Below, in pieces: positions 33,480 to 51,300 of a stretch of 64,000 nucleotides of DNA. The DNA is from Eledone cirrhosa (Eukaryota). Where the stretch lies: contig OZ024745.1 of NCBI GenBank assembly GCA_964016885.1, forward strand, positions 1,674,001-1,738,000. The letters run 5' to 3'. The translations under genes were made by a program, and so were the position numbers. How positions within the stretch are numbered: position 1 is the first letter of the stretch; each line of letters starts with the position of its first letter. The notes beneath the pieces are model-generated. The model saw only the letters and a program-made list of their open reading frames with translations, made no database searches and was not told the origin of the DNA.

Positions 33480-36400
33480 GACACTGACAGACCACACCAC
33501 CCAGGACGCTGACAGACCACACCACCCAGGACACTGACAGACCACACCACCCAGGACACTGACAGACCACACCACCCAGGACACTGACAGACGACACCAC
33601 CCAGGACACTGACAGACGACACCACCCAGGACACTGACAGACGACACCACCCAGGACACTGAAACACCACACCACCCAGGACACTGACAGACCACACCAC
33701 CCAGGACACTGAAAGACGACACCACCCAGGACACTGACAGACGACACCACCCAGGACACTTACAGACGACACCACCCAGGACACTGACAGACGACACCAC
33801 CCAGGACACTGAAAGACCACACCACCCAGGACACTGACAGACCACACCACCCAGGACACTGACAGACCACACCAACCAGGACATTGACAGACCACACCAA
33901 CCAGGACACTGACATACCCCACCACCCAGGACACTGACAGACCACACCACCCAGGACACTGACAGACGACACCAACCAGGACACTGACAGACCACACCAC
34001 CCAGGACACTGACAGACCACACCAACCAGGACACTGACAGACCACACCACCCAGGACACTGACAGACCACACCACCCAGGACACTGACAGACCACACCAC
34101 CCAGGACACTGACAGACCACACCAACCAGGACACTGACAGACGACACCACCCAGGACACTGACAGACGACAACACCCAGGATACTGACAGACCACACCAA
34201 CCAGGACACTGACAGACGACACCACCCAGGACACTGACAGACCACACCACCCAGGATACTGACAGACCACACCAACCAGGACACTGACAGACGACACCAC
34301 CCAGGACACTGACAGACGACAACACCCAGGACACTGACAGACCACACCACCCAGGACACTGACAGACGACACCACCCAGGACACTAACAGACCACACCAC
34401 CCAGGACACTGACAGACCACACCAACCAGGACACTGACAGACGACACCACCCAGGACACTGACAGACGACACCACCCAGGACACTGACAGACGACACCAC
34501 CCAGGACACTGACAGACGACACCACCCAGGACACTGACAGACCACACCAACCAGGACACTGACAGACGACACCACCCAGGACACTGACAGACCACACCAC
34601 CCAGGATACTGACAGACCACACCACCCAGGACACTGACAGACGACACCACCCAGGACACTGACAGACGACACCACCCAGGACACTGACAGACCACACCAC
34701 CCAGGACACTGACAGACGACACCACCCAGGACACTGACAGACCACACCACCCAGGACACTGACAGACCACACCACCCAGGACACTGACAGACCACACCAC
34801 CCAGGACACTGACAGACCACACCACCCAGGACACTGACAGACCACACCACCCAGGACACTGACAGACCACACCACCCAGGACACTGACAGACGACACCAC
34901 CCAGGACACTGACAGACGACACCACCCAGGACACTGACAGACCACACCACCCAGGACACTGACAGACGACACCACCCAGGACACTGACAGACCACACCAC
35001 CCAGGACACTGACAGACGACACCACCCAGGACACTGACAGACGACACCACCCAGGATACTGAGAGACCACACCACCCAGGACACTGACAGACCACACCAC
35101 CCAGGACACTGACAGACGACACCACCCAGGACACTGACAGACCACACCACCCAGGACACTGACAGACCACACCACCCAGGACACTGACAGACCACACCAC
35201 CCAGGACACTGACAGACCACACCACCCAGGACACTGACAGACCACACCACCCAGGACACTGACAGACGACACCACCCAGGACACTGACAGACCACACCAC
35301 CCAGGACACTGACAGACCACACCACCCAGGACACTGACAGACCACACCACCCAGGACACTGACAGACCACACCACCCAGGACACTGACAGACGACACCAC
35401 CCAGGACACTGACAGACGACACCACCCAGGACACTGACAGACCACACCACCCAGGACACTGACAGACGACACCACCCAGGACACTGACAGACGACACCAC
35501 CCAGGACACTGACAGACGACACCACCCAGGACACTGAAACACCACACCACCCAGGACACTGACAGACGACACCACCCAGGACACTGACAGACGACACCAC
35601 CCAGGACACTGACAGACCACACCACCCAGGACACTGACAGACCACACCACCCAGGACACTGACAGACCGCACCACCCAGGACACTGACAGACCACACCAC
35701 CCAGGACACTGACAGACTACACCAACCAGGACACTGACAGACCACACCACCGAGGACACTGACAGACCACACCACCCAGGACACTGACAGACGACACCAC
35801 CCAGGACACTGACAGACCACACCACCCAGGACACTGACAGACGACACCACCCAGGACACTGACAGACCACACCTCCCAGGACACTGACAGACCACACCAC
35901 CCAGGACACTGACAGACGACACCACCCAGGACACTGACAGACGACACCAACCAGGACACTGACAGACCACACCAACCAGGACACTGACAGACCACACCAA
36001 CCAGGACACTGACAGACCACACCACCCAGGACACTGACAGACCACACCACCCAGGACACTGACAGACGACACCACCCAGGACACTGACAGACCACACCTC
36101 CCAGGACACTGACAGACCACACCACCCAGGACACTGACAGACGACACCACCCAGGACACTGACAGACGACACCAACCAGGACACTGACAGACCACACCAA
36201 CCAGGACACTGACAGACCACACCACCCATGATACTGACAGACCACACCACCCAGGACACTGACAGACCACACCACCCAGGACGCTGACAGACCACACCAC
36301 CCAGGACACTGACAGACCACACCACCCAGGACACTGACAGACGACACCACCCAGGACACTGACAGACCACACCACCCAGGACACTGACAGACCACACCAC

Positions 36401-38830
36401 CCAGGACACTGACAGACGACACCACCCAGGACACTGACAGACGACACCACCCAGGACACTGACAGACGACACCACCCAGGACACTGAAACACCACACCAC
36501 CCAGGACACTGACAGACCACACCACCCAGGACACTGAAAGACGACACCACCCAGGACACTGACAGACGACACCACCCAGGACACTTACAGACGACACCAC
36601 CCAGGACACTGACAGACGACACCACCCAGGACACTGAAAGACCACACCACCCAGGACACTGACAGACCACACCACCCAGGACACTGACAGACCACACCAA
36701 CCAGGACATTGACAGACCACACCAACCAGGACACTGACATACCCCACCACCCAGGACACTGACAGACCACACCACCCAGGACACTGACAGACGACACCAA
36801 CCAGGACACTGACAGACCACACCACCCAGGACACTGACAGACCACACCAACCAGGACACTGACAGACCACACCACCCAGGACACTGACAGACCACACCAC
36901 CCAGGACACTGACAGACCACACCACCCAGGACACTGACAGACCACACCAACCAGGACACTGACAGACGACACCACCCAGGACACTGACAGACGACAACAC
37001 CCAGGATACTGACAGACCACACCAACCAGGACACTGACAGACGACACCACCCAGGACACTGACAGACCACACCACCCAGGATACTGACAGACCACACCAA
37101 CCAGGACACTGACAGACGACACCACCCAGGACACTGACAGACGACAACACCCAGGACACTGACAGACCACACCACCCAGGACACTGACAGACGACACCAC
37201 CCAGGACACTAACAGACCACACCACCCAGGACACTGACAGACCACACCAACCAGGACACTGACAGACGACACCACCCAGGACACTGACAGACGACACCAC
37301 CCAGGACACTGACAGACGACACCACCCAGGACACTGACAGACCACACCACCCAGGACACTGACAGACCACACCAACCAGGACACTGACAGACGACACCAC
37401 CCAGGACACTGACAGACCACACCACCCAGGATACTGACAGACCACACCACCCAGGACACTGACAGACGACACCACCCAGGACACTGACAGACGACACCAC
37501 CCAGGACACTGACAGACCACACCACCCAGGACACTGACAGACGACACCACCCAGGACACTGACAGACCACACCACCCAGGACACTGACAGACCACACCAC
37601 CCAGGACACTGACAGACCACACCACCCAGGACACTGACAGACCACACCACCCAGGACACTGACAGACCACACCACCCAGGACACTGACAGACCACACCAC
37701 CCAGGACACTGACAGACGACACCACCCAGGACACTGACAGACGACACCACCCAGGACACTGACAGACCACACCACCCAGGACACTGACAGACGACACCAC
37801 CCAGGACACTGACAGACGACACCACCCAGGACACTGACAGACGACACCACCCAGGACACTGACAGACGACACCACCCAGGACACTGACAGACCACACCAC
37901 CCAGGACACTGACAGACCACACCACCCAGGACACTGACAGACGACACCACCCAGGACACTGACAGACCACACCACCCAGGACACTGACAGACCACACCAC
38001 CCAGGACACTGACAGACCACACCACCCAGGACACTGACAGACCACACCACCCAGGACACTGACAGACCACACCACCCAGGACACTGACAGACGACACCAC
38101 CCAGGACACTGACAGACCACACCACCCAGGACACTGACAGACCACACCACCCAGGACACTGACAGACCACACCACCCAGGACACTGACAGACCACACCAC
38201 CCAGGACACTGACAGACGACACCACCCAGGACACTGACAGACGACACCACCCAGGACACTGACAGACCACACCACCCAGGACACTGACAGACGACACCAC
38301 CCAGGACACTGACAGACGACACCACCCAGGACACTGACAGACGACACCACCCAGGACACTGAAACACCACACCACCCAGGACACTGACAGACGACACCAC
38401 CCAGGACACTGACAGACGACACCACCCAGGACACTGACAGACCACACCACCCAGGACACTGACAGACCACACCACCCAGGACACTGACAGACCGCACCAC
38501 CCAGGACACTGACAGACCACACCACCCAGGACACTGACAGACTACACCAACCAGGACACTGACAGACCACACCACCGAGGATACTGACAGACCACACCAC
38601 CCAGGACACTGACAGACGACACCACCCAGGACACTGACAGACCACACCACCCAGGACACTGACAGACGACACCACCCAGGACACTGACAGACCACACCTC
38701 CCAGGACACTGACAGACCACACCACCCAGGACACTGACAGACGACACCACCCAGGACACTGACAGACGACACCAACCAGGACACTGACAGACCACACCAA
38801 CCAGGACACTGACAGACCACACCAACCAGG
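33480..38830. repeat. Tandem higher-order duplication, period 2825 bp (113 units)
   Basis: ACTTACAG 33760/36585, GACATACCCC 33911/36736, ACTAACAG 34384/37209, GACTAC 35717/38542. Confidence 0.88.
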
Positions 38831-41800
38831 ACACTGACAGACCACACCACCCAGGACACTGACAGACCACACCACCCAGGACACTGACAGACCACACCAC
38901 CCAGGACACTGACAGACGACACCACCCAGGACACTGACAGACCACACCACCCAGGACACTGACAGACCACACCACCCAGGACACTGACAGACGACACCAC
39001 CCAGGACACTGACAGACGACACCACCCAGGACACTGACAGACCACACCACCCAGGACACTGACAGACGACACCACCCAGGACACTGACAGACCACACCTC
39101 CCAGGACACTGACAGACCACACCACCCAGGACACTGACAGACGACACCACCCAGGACACTGACAGACGACACCAACCAGGACACTGACAGACCACACCAA
39201 CCAGGACACTGACAGACCACACCAACCAGGACACTGACAGACCACACCACCCAGGATACTGACAGACCACACCACCCAGGACACTGACAGACCACACCAC
39301 CCAGGACACTGACAGACCACACCACCCAGGACACTGACAGACCACACCACCCAGGACACTGACAGACGACACCACCCAGGACACTGACAGACCACACCAC
39401 CCAGGACACTGACAGACGACACCACCCAGGACACTGACAGACGACACCACCCAGGACACTGACAGACGACACCACCCAGGACACTGAAACACCACACCAC
39501 CCAGGACACTGACAGACCACACCACCCAGGACACTGAAAGACGACACCACCCAGGACACTGACAGACGACACCACCCAGGACACTGACAGACGACACCAC
39601 CCAGGACACTGACAGACGACACCACCCAGGACACTGAAAGACCACACCACCCAGGACACTGACAGACCACACCACCCAGGACACTGACAGACCACACCAA
39701 CCAGGACATTGACAGACCACACCAACCAGGACACTGACAGACCCCACCACCCAGGACACTGACAGACCACACCACCCAGGACACTGACAGACGACACCAA
39801 CCAGGACACTGACAGACCACACCACCCAGGACACTGACAGACCACACCAACCAGGACACTGACAGACCACACCACCCAGGACACTGACAGACCACACCAC
39901 CCAGGACACTGACAGACCACACCACCCAGGACACTGACAGACCACACCAACCAGGACACTGACAGACGACACCACCCAGGACACTGACAGACGACAACAC
40001 CCAGGACACTGACAGACGACACCACCCAGGACACTGACAGACGACACCACCCAGGACACTGACAGACCACACCACCCAGGACACTGACAGACGACACCAC
40101 CCAGGACACTGACAGACCACACCACCCAGGATACTGACAGACCACACCACCCAGGACACTGACAGACGACACCACCCAGGACACTGACAGACCACACCAC
40201 CCAGGACACTGACAGACGACACCACCCAGGACACTGACAGACCACACCACCCAGGACACTGACAGACCACACCACCCAGGACACTGACAGACGACACCAC
40301 CCAGGACACTGACAGACCACACCACCCAGGACACTGACAGACCACACCACCCAGGACACTGACAGACGACACCACCGAGGACACTGACAGACCACACCAC
40401 CCAGGACACTGACAGACCACACCACCCAGGACACTGACAGACCACACCAACCAGGACACTGACAGACCACACCACCCAGGACACTGACAGACCACACCAC
40501 CCAGGACACTGACAGACCACACAACCCAGGACACTGACAGACCACACCAACCAGGACACTGACAGACCACACCACCGAGGACACTGACAGACCACACCAC
40601 CCAGGACACTGACAGACGACACCACCCAGGACATTGACAGACCACACCACCCAGGACACTGACAGACGACACCACCCAGGACACTGACAGACCACACCTC
40701 CCAGGACACTGACAGACCACACCACCCAGGACACTGACAGACGACACCACCCAGGACACTGACAGACGACACCAACCAGGACACTGACAGACCACACCAA
40801 CCAGGACACTGACAGACCACACCAACCAGGACACTGACAGACCACACCACCCAGGATACTGACAGACCACACCACCCAGGACACTGACAGACCACACCAC
40901 CCAGGACGCTGACAGACCACACCACCCAGGACACTGACAGACCACACCACCCAGGACACTGACAGACGACACCACCCAGGACACTGACAGACGACACCAC
41001 CCAGGACACTGACAGACCACACCACCCAGGACACTGACAGACGACACCACCCAGGACACTGACAGACGACACCACCCAGGACACTGACAGACGACACCAC
41101 CCAGGACACTGAAACACCACACCACCCAGGACACTGACAGACCACACCACCCAGGACACTGAAAGACGACACCACCCAGGACACTGACAGACGACACCAC
41201 CCAGGACACTTACAGACGACACCACCCAGGACACTGACAGACGACACCACCCAGGACACTGAAAGACCACACCACCCAGGACACTGACAGACCACACCAC
41301 CCAGGACACTGACAGACCACACCAACCAGGACATTGACAGACCACACCAACCAGGACACTGACATACCCCACCACCCAGGACACTGACAGACCACACCAC
41401 CCAGGACACTGACAGACGACACCAACCAGGACACTGACAGACCACACCACCCAGGACACTGACAGACCACACCAACCAGGACACTGACAGACCACACCAC
41501 CCAGGACACTGACAGACCACACCACCCAGGACACTGACAGACCACACCACCCAGGACACTGACAGACCACACCAACCAGGACACTGACAGACGACACCAC
41601 CCAGGACACTGACAGACGACACCACCCAGGACACTGACAGACGACACCACCCAGGACACTGACAGACCACACCACCCAGGACACTGACAGACCACACCAC
41701 CCAGGACACTGACAGACGACACCACCCAGGACACTGACAGACCACACCACCCAGGACACTGACAGACCACACCACCCAGGACACTGACAGACCACACCAC

Positions 41801-44800
41801 CCAGGACACTGACAGACCACACCACCCAGGACACTGACAGACCACACCACCCAGGACACTGACAGACGACACCACCCAGGACACTGACAGACCACACCAC
41901 CCAGGACACTGACAGACCACACCACCCAGGACACTGACAGACCACACCACCCAGGACACTGACAGACCACACCACCCAGGACACTGACAGACGACACCAC
42001 CCAGGACACTGACAGACGACACCACCCAGGACACTGACAGACCACACCACCCAGGACACTGACAGACGACACCACCCAGGACACTGACAGACGACACCAC
42101 CCAGGACACTGACAGACGACACCACCCAGGACACTGAAACACCACACCACCCAGGACACTGACAGACGACACCACCCAGGACACTGACAGACGACACCAC
42201 CCAGGACACTGACAGACCACACCACCCAGGACACTGACAGACCACACCACCCAGGACACTGACAGACCGCACCACCCAGGACACTGACAGACCACACCAC
42301 CCAGGACACTGACAGACTACACCAACCAGGACACTGACAGACCACACCACCGAGGATACTGACAGACCACACCACCCAGGACACTGACAGACGACACCAC
42401 CCAGGACACTGACAGACCACACCACCCAGGACACTGACAGACGACACCACCCAGGACACTGACAGACCACACCTCCCAGGACACTGACAGACCACACCAC
42501 CCAGGACACTGACAGACGACACCACCCAGGACACTGACAGACGACACCAACCAGGACACTGACAGACCACACCAACCAGGACACTGACAGACCACACCAA
42601 CCAGGACACTGACAGACCACACCACCCAGGACACTGACAGACCACACCACCCAGGACACTGACAGACCACACCACCCAGGACACTGACAGACGACACCAC
42701 CCAGGACACTGACAGACCACACCACCCAGGACACTGACAGACCACACCACCCAGGACACTGACAGACGACACCACCCAGGACACTGACAGACGACACCAC
42801 CCAGGACACTGACAGACCACACCACCCAGGACACTGACAGACGACACCACCCAGGACACTGACAGACCACACCTCCCAGGACACTGACAGACCACACCAC
42901 CCAGGACACTGACAGACGACACCACCCAGGACACTGACAGACGACACCAACCAGGACACTGACAGACCACACCAACCAGGACACTGACAGACCACACCAA
43001 CCAGGACACTGACAGACCACACCACCCAGGATACTGACAGACCACACCACCCAGGACACTGACAGACCACACCACCCAGGACACTGACAGACCACACCAC
43101 CCAGGACACTGACAGACCACACCACCCAGGACACTGACAGACGACACCACCCAGGACACTGACAGACCACACCACCCAGGACACTGACAGACGACACCAC
43201 CCAGGACACTGACAGACGACACCACCCAGGACACTGACAGACGACACCACCCAGGACACTGAAACACCACACCACCCAGGACACTGACAGACCACACCAC
43301 CCAGGACACTGAAAGACGACACCACCCAGGACACTGACAGACGACACCACCCAGGACACTGACAGACGACACCACCCAGGACACTGACAGACGACACCAC
43401 CCAGGACACTGAAAGACCACACCACCCAGGACACTGACAGACCACACCACCCAGGACACTGACAGACCACACCAACCAGGACATTGACAGACCACACCAA
43501 CCAGGACACTGACAGACCCCACCACCCAGGACACTGACAGACCACACCACCCAGGACACTGACAGACGACACCAACCAGGACACTGACAGACCACACCAC
43601 CCAGGACACTGACAGACCACACCAACCAGGACACTGACAGACCACACCACCCAGGACACTGACAGACCACACCACCCAGGACACTGACAGACCACACCAC
43701 CCAGGACACTGACAGACCACACCAACCAGGACACTGACAGACGACACCACCCAGGACACTGACAGACGACAACACCCAGGACACTGACAGACGACACCAC
43801 CCAGGACACTGACAGACGACACCACCCAGGACACTGACAGACCACACCACCCAGGACACTGACAGACGACACCACCCAGGACACTGACAGACCACACCAC
43901 CCAGGATACTGACAGACCACACCACCCAGGACACTGACAGACGACACCACCCAGGACACTGACAGACCACACCACCCAGGACACTGACAGACGACACCAC
44001 CCAGGACACTGACAGACCACACCACCCAGGACACTGACAGACCACACCACCCAGGACACTGACAGACGACACCACCCAGGACACTGACAGACCACACCAC
44101 CCAGGACACTGACAGACCACACCACCCAGGACACTGACAGACGACACCACCGAGGACACTGACAGACCACACCACCCAGGACACTGACAGACCACACCAC
44201 CCAGGACACTGACAGACCACACCAACCAGGACACTGACAGACCACACCACCCAGGACACTGACAGACCACACCACCCAGGACACTGACAGACCACACAAC
44301 CCAGGACACTGACAGACCACACCAACCAGGACACTGACAGACCACACCACCGAGGACACTGACAGACCACACCACCCAGGACACTGACAGACGACACCAC
44401 CCAGGACATTGACAGACCACACCACCCAGGACACTGACAGACGACACCACCCAGGACACTGACAGACCACACCTCCCAGGACACTGACAGACCACACCAC
44501 CCAGGACACTGACAGACGACACCACCCAGGACACTGACAGACGACACCAACCAGGACACTGACAGACCACACCAACCAGGACACTGACAGACCACACCAA
44601 CCAGGACACTGACAGACCACACCACCCAGGATACTGACAGACCACACCACCCAGGACACTGACAGACCACACCACCCAGGACGCTGACAGACCACACCAC
44701 CCAGGACACTGACAGACCACACCACCCAGGACACTGACAGACGACACCACCCAGGACACTGACAGACGACACCACCCAGGACACTGACAGACCACACCAC

Positions 44801-45380
44801 CCAGGACACTGACAGACGACACCACCCAGGACACTGACAGACGACACCACCCAGGACACTGACAGACGACACCACCCAGGACACTGAAACACCACACCAC
44901 CCAGGACACTGACAGACCACACCACCCAGGACACTGAAAGACGACACCACCCAGGACACTGACAGACGACACCACCCAGGACACTTACAGACGACACCAC
45001 CCAGGACACTGACAGACGACACCACCCAGGACACTGAAAGACCACACCACCCAGGACACTGACAGACCACACCACCCAGGACACTGACAGACCACACCAA
45101 CCAGGACATTGACAGACCACACCAACCAGGACACTGACATACCCCACCACCCAGGACACTGACAGACCACACCACCCAGGACACTGACAGACGACACCAA
45201 CCAGGACACTGACAGACCACACCACCCAGGACACTGACAGACCACACCAACCAGGACACTGACAGACCACACCACCCAGGACACTGACAGACCACACCAC
45301 CCAGGACACTGACAGACCACACCACCCAGGACACTGACAGACCACACCAACCAGGACACTGACAGACGACACCACCCAGG
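37830..45380. repeat. Tandem higher-order duplication, period 3775 bp (151 units)
   Basis: GAAACAC 38361/42136, GACTAC 38542/42317, CGAGGATACT ~38576/42351, ACTTACAG 41210/44985, GACATACCCC 41361/45136. Confidence 0.88.
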
Positions 45381-48300
45381 ACACTGACAGACGACAACAC
45401 CCAGGATACTGACAGACCACACCAACCAGGACACTGACAGACGACACCACCCAGGACACTGACAGACCACACCACCCAGGATACTGACAGACCACACCAA
45501 CCAGGACACTGACAGACGACACCACCCAGGACACTGACAGACGACAACACCCAGGACACTGACAGACCACACCACCCAGGACACTGACAGACGACACCAC
45601 CCAGGACACTGACAGACCACACCACCCAGGACACTGACAGACCACACCAACCAGGACACTGACAGACGACACCACCCAGGACACTGACAGACGACACCAC
45701 CCAGGACACTGACAGACGACACCACCCAGGACACTGACAGACCACACCACCCAGCACACTGACAGACCACACCAACCAGGACACTGACAGACGACACCAC
45801 CCAGGACACTGACAGACCACACCACCCAGGATACTGACAGACCACACCACCCAGGACACTGACAGACGACACCACCCAGGACACTGACAGACGACACCAC
45901 CCAGGACACTGACAGACCACACCACCCAGGACACTGACAGACGACACCACCCAGGACACTGACAGACCACACCACCCAGGACACTGACAGACCACACCAC
46001 CCAGGACACTGACAGACCACACCACCCAGGACACTGACAGACCACACCACCCAGGACACTGACAGACCACACCACCCAGGACACTGACAGACCACACCAC
46101 TCAGGACACTGACAGACGACACCACCCAGGACACTGACAGACGACACCACCCAGGACACTGACAGACCACACCACCCAGGACACTGACAGACGACACCAC
46201 CCAGGACACTGACAGACCACACCACCCAGGACACTGACAGACGACACCACCCAGGACACTGACAGACGACACCACCCAGGACACTGACAGACCACACCAC
46301 CCAGGACACTGACAGACCACACCACCCAGGACACTGACAGACGACACCACCCAGGACACTGACAGACCACACCACCCAGGACACTGACAGACCACACCAC
46401 CCAGGACACTGACAGACCACACCACCAAGGACACTGACAGACCACACCACCCAGGACACTGACAGACCACACCACCCAGGACACTGACAGACGACACCAC
46501 CCAGGACACTGACAGACCACACCACCCAGGACACTGACAGACCACACCACCCAGGACACTGACAGACCACACCACCCAGGACACTGACAGACCACACCAC
46601 CCAGGACACTGACAGACGACACCACCCAGGACACTGACAGACGACACCACCCAGGACACTGACAGACCACACCACCCAGGACACTGACAGACGACACCAC
46701 CCAGGACACTGACAGACGACACCACCCAGGACACTGACAGACGACACCACCCAGGACACTGAAACACCACACCACCCAGGACACTGACAGACGACACCAC
46801 CCAGGACACTGACAGACGACACCACCCAGGACACTGACAGACCACACCACCCAGGACACTGACAGACCACACCACCCAGGACACTGACAGACCGCACCAC
46901 CCAGGACACTGACAGACCACACCACCCAGGACACTGACAGACGACACCACCCAGGACACTGACAGACCACACCACCCAGGACACTGACAGACCACACCAC
47001 CCAGGACACTGACAGACCACACCACCCAGGACACTGACAGACGACACCACCCAGGACACTGACAGACCACACCACCCAGGACACTGACAGACCACACCAC
47101 CCAGGACACTGACAGACGACACCACCCAGGACACTGACAGACCACACCACCGAGGACACTGACAGACCACACCACCCAGGACACTGACAGACGACACCAC
47201 CCAGGACACTGACAGACCACACCACCCAGGACACTGACAGACCACACCACCCAGGACACTGACAGACCACACCACCCAGGACACTGACAGACGACACCAC
47301 CCAGGACACTGACAGACGACACCACCCAGGACACTGACAGACCACACCACCCAGGACACTGACAGACGACACCACCCAGGACACTGACAGACGACACCAC
47401 CCAGGACACTGACAGACGACACCACCCAGGACACTGAAACACCACACCACCCAGGACACTGACAGACGACACCACCCAGGACACTGACAGACGACACCAC
47501 CCAGGACACTGACAGACCACACCACCCAGGACACTGACAGACCACACCACCCAGGACACTGACAGACCGCACCACCCAGGACACTGACAGACCACACCAC
47601 CCAGGACACTGACAGACCACACAACCCAGGACACTGACAGACTACACCAACCAGGACACTGACAGACCACACCACCGAGGACACTGACAGACCACACCAC
47701 CCAGGACACTGACAGACGACACCACCCAGGACACTGACAGACCACACCACCCAGGACACTGACAGACGACACCACCCAGGACACTGACAGACCACACCTC
47801 CCAGGACACTGACAGACCACACCACCCAGGACACTGACAGACGATACCACCCAGGACACTGACAGACGACACCAACCAGGACACTGACAGACCACACCAA
47901 CCAGGACACTGACAGACCACACCAACCAGGACACTGACAGACCACACCACCCAGGACACTGACAGACCACACCACCCAGGACACTGACAGACCACACCAC
48001 CCAGGACACTGACAGACGACACCACCCAGGACACTGACAGACCACACCACCCAGGACACTGACAGACCACACCACCCAGGACACTGACAGACGACACCAA
48101 CCAGGACACTGACAGACCACACCACCCAGGACACTGACAGACGACACCACCCAGGACACTGACAGACGACACCACCCAGGACACTGACAGACGACACCAA
48201 CCAGGACACTGACAGACCACACCACACACGACACTGACAGACGACACCACCCAGGACACTGACAGACGACACCAACCAGGACACTGACAGACCACACCAC

Positions 48301-51300
48301 CCAGGACACTGACAGACCACACCACCCAGGACACTGACAGACGACACCACCCAGGACACTGACAGACGACACCAACCAGGACACTGACAGACCACACCAA
48401 CCAGGACACTGACAGACCACACCACCCAGGACACTGACAGACCACACCACCCAGGACACTGACAGACCACACAACCCAGGACACTAACAGACCACACCAA
48501 CTAGGACACTGACAGACCACACCACCCAGGACACTGACAGACCACACCAACCAGGACACTGACAGACCACACCACCGAGGACACTGACAGACCACACCAC
48601 CCAGGACACTGACAGACGACACCACCCAGGACACTGACAGACCACACCACCCAGGACACTGACAGACCACACCACCCAGGACACTGACAGACCACACCAC
48701 CCAGGACACTGACAGACGACACCACCAAGGACACTGACAGACCACACCACCCAGGACACTGACAGACCACACCACCCAGGACACTGACAGACGACACCAC
48801 CCAGGACACTGACAGACCACACCACCGAGGACACTGACAGACCACACCACCCAGGACACTGACAGACGACACCACCCAGGACACTGACAGACCACACCAC
48901 CGAGGACACTGACAGACCACACCACCCAGGACACTGACAGACCACACCACCCAGGACACTGACAGACCACACCACCTAGAACACTGACAGACCACACCAA
49001 CCAGGAGACTGACAGACGACACCAACCAGAACTCTGACAGACCACACCACCCAGGACACTGACAGACCACACCACCCAGGACACTGACAGACCACACCAC
49101 CCAGGACACTGACAGACCACACCACCCAGGACACTGACAGACGACACCACCCAGGACACTGACAGACCACACCAACCAGGACACTGACAGACCACACCAC
49201 CCAGGACACTGACAGACCACACCACCCAGGACACTGACAGACCACACCAACCAGGACACTGACAGACCACACCACCCAGGACACTGACAGACGACACCAC
49301 CCAGGACACTGACAGACCACACCAACCAGGACACTGACAGACCACACCACCCAGGACACTGACAGACCACACCAACCAGGACACTGACAGACCACACCAC
49401 CCAGGACACTGACAGACGACACCACCCAGGACACTGACAGACCACACCAACCAGGACACTGACAGACCACACCACCCAGGACACTGACAGACGACACCAC
49501 CCAGGACACTGACAGACGACACCACCCAGGACACTGACAGATCACACCACCCAGGACACTGACAGACGACACCAACCAGGACACTGACAGACCACACCAC
49601 ACAGGACACTGACAGACCACACCACCCAGGACACTGACAGACCACACCAACCAGGACACTGACAGACCACACCACCCAGGACACTGACAGACCACACCAA
49701 CCAGGAGACTGACAGACGACACCAACCAGGAGACTGACAGACGACACCAACCAGGACACTGACAGACCACACCACCCAGGACACTGATAGACCACACCAC
49801 CCAGGACACTGACAGACCACACCACCCAGGACACTGACAGACGACACCACCCAGGACACTGACAGACCACACCAACCAGGACACTGACAGACCACACCAC
49901 CCAGGACACTGACAGACCACACCACCCAGGACACTGACAGACCACACCACCCAGGACACTGACAGACGACACCACCCAGGACACTGACAGACGACACCAC
50001 CCAGGACACTGACAGACCACACCACCCAGGACACTGACAGACCACACCACCCAGGACACTGACAGACGACACCACCCAGGACACTGACAGACCACACCAA
50101 CCAGGACACTGACAGACCACACCACCCAGGACACTGACAGACCACACCACCCAGGACACTGACAGACCACACCACCCAGGACACTGACAGACCACACCAC
50201 CCAGGACACTGACAGACCACACCACCCAGGACACTGACAGACGACACCACCCAGGACACTGACAGACCACACCACCCAGGACACTGACAGACCACACCAC
50301 CCAGGACACTGACAGACCACACCACCCAGGACACTGACAGACCACACCACCCAGGACACTGACAGACCACACCACCCAGGACACTGACAGACCACACCAC
50401 CCAGGACACTGACAGACCACACCACCCAGGACACTGACACACCACACCACCCAGGACACTGACAGACCACACCACCCAGGACACTGACAGACCACACCAC
50501 CCAGGACACTGACAGACCACACCACCCAGGACACTGACAGACCACACCACCGAGGACACTTACAGACCACACCACCCAGGACACTGACAGACCACACCAC
50601 CCAGGACACTGACAGACCACACCACCCAGGACACTGACAGACCACACCAACCAGGACACTGACAGACCACACCACCCAGGACACTGACAGACCACACCAC
50701 CCAGGACACTGACAGATCACACCACCCAGGACACTGACAGACCACACCACCCAGGACACTGACAGACCACACCACCCAGGACACTGACAGACCACACCAC
50801 CCAGGACACTGACAGACGACACCACCCAGGACACTGACAGACCACACCACCCAGGACACTGACAGACCACACCACCCAGGACACTGACAGACCACACCAC
50901 CCAGGACACTGACAGACGACACCACCCAGGACACTGACAGACCACACCACCCAGGACACTGACAGACGACACCACCCAGGACACTGACAGACCACACCAC
51001 CCAGGACACTGACAGACCACACCACCCAGGACACTGACAGACCACACCAACCAGGACACTGACAGACCACACCACCCAGGACACTGACAGACCACACCAC
51101 CCAGGACACTGACAGACCACACCACCCAGGACACTGACAGACGACACCACCCAGGACACTGACAGACCACACCACCCAGGACACTGACAGACCACACCAC
51201 CCAGGACACTGACAGACCACACCACCCAGGACACTGACAGACCACACCACCCAGGACACTGACAGACCACACCACCCAGGACACTGACAGACCACACCAC

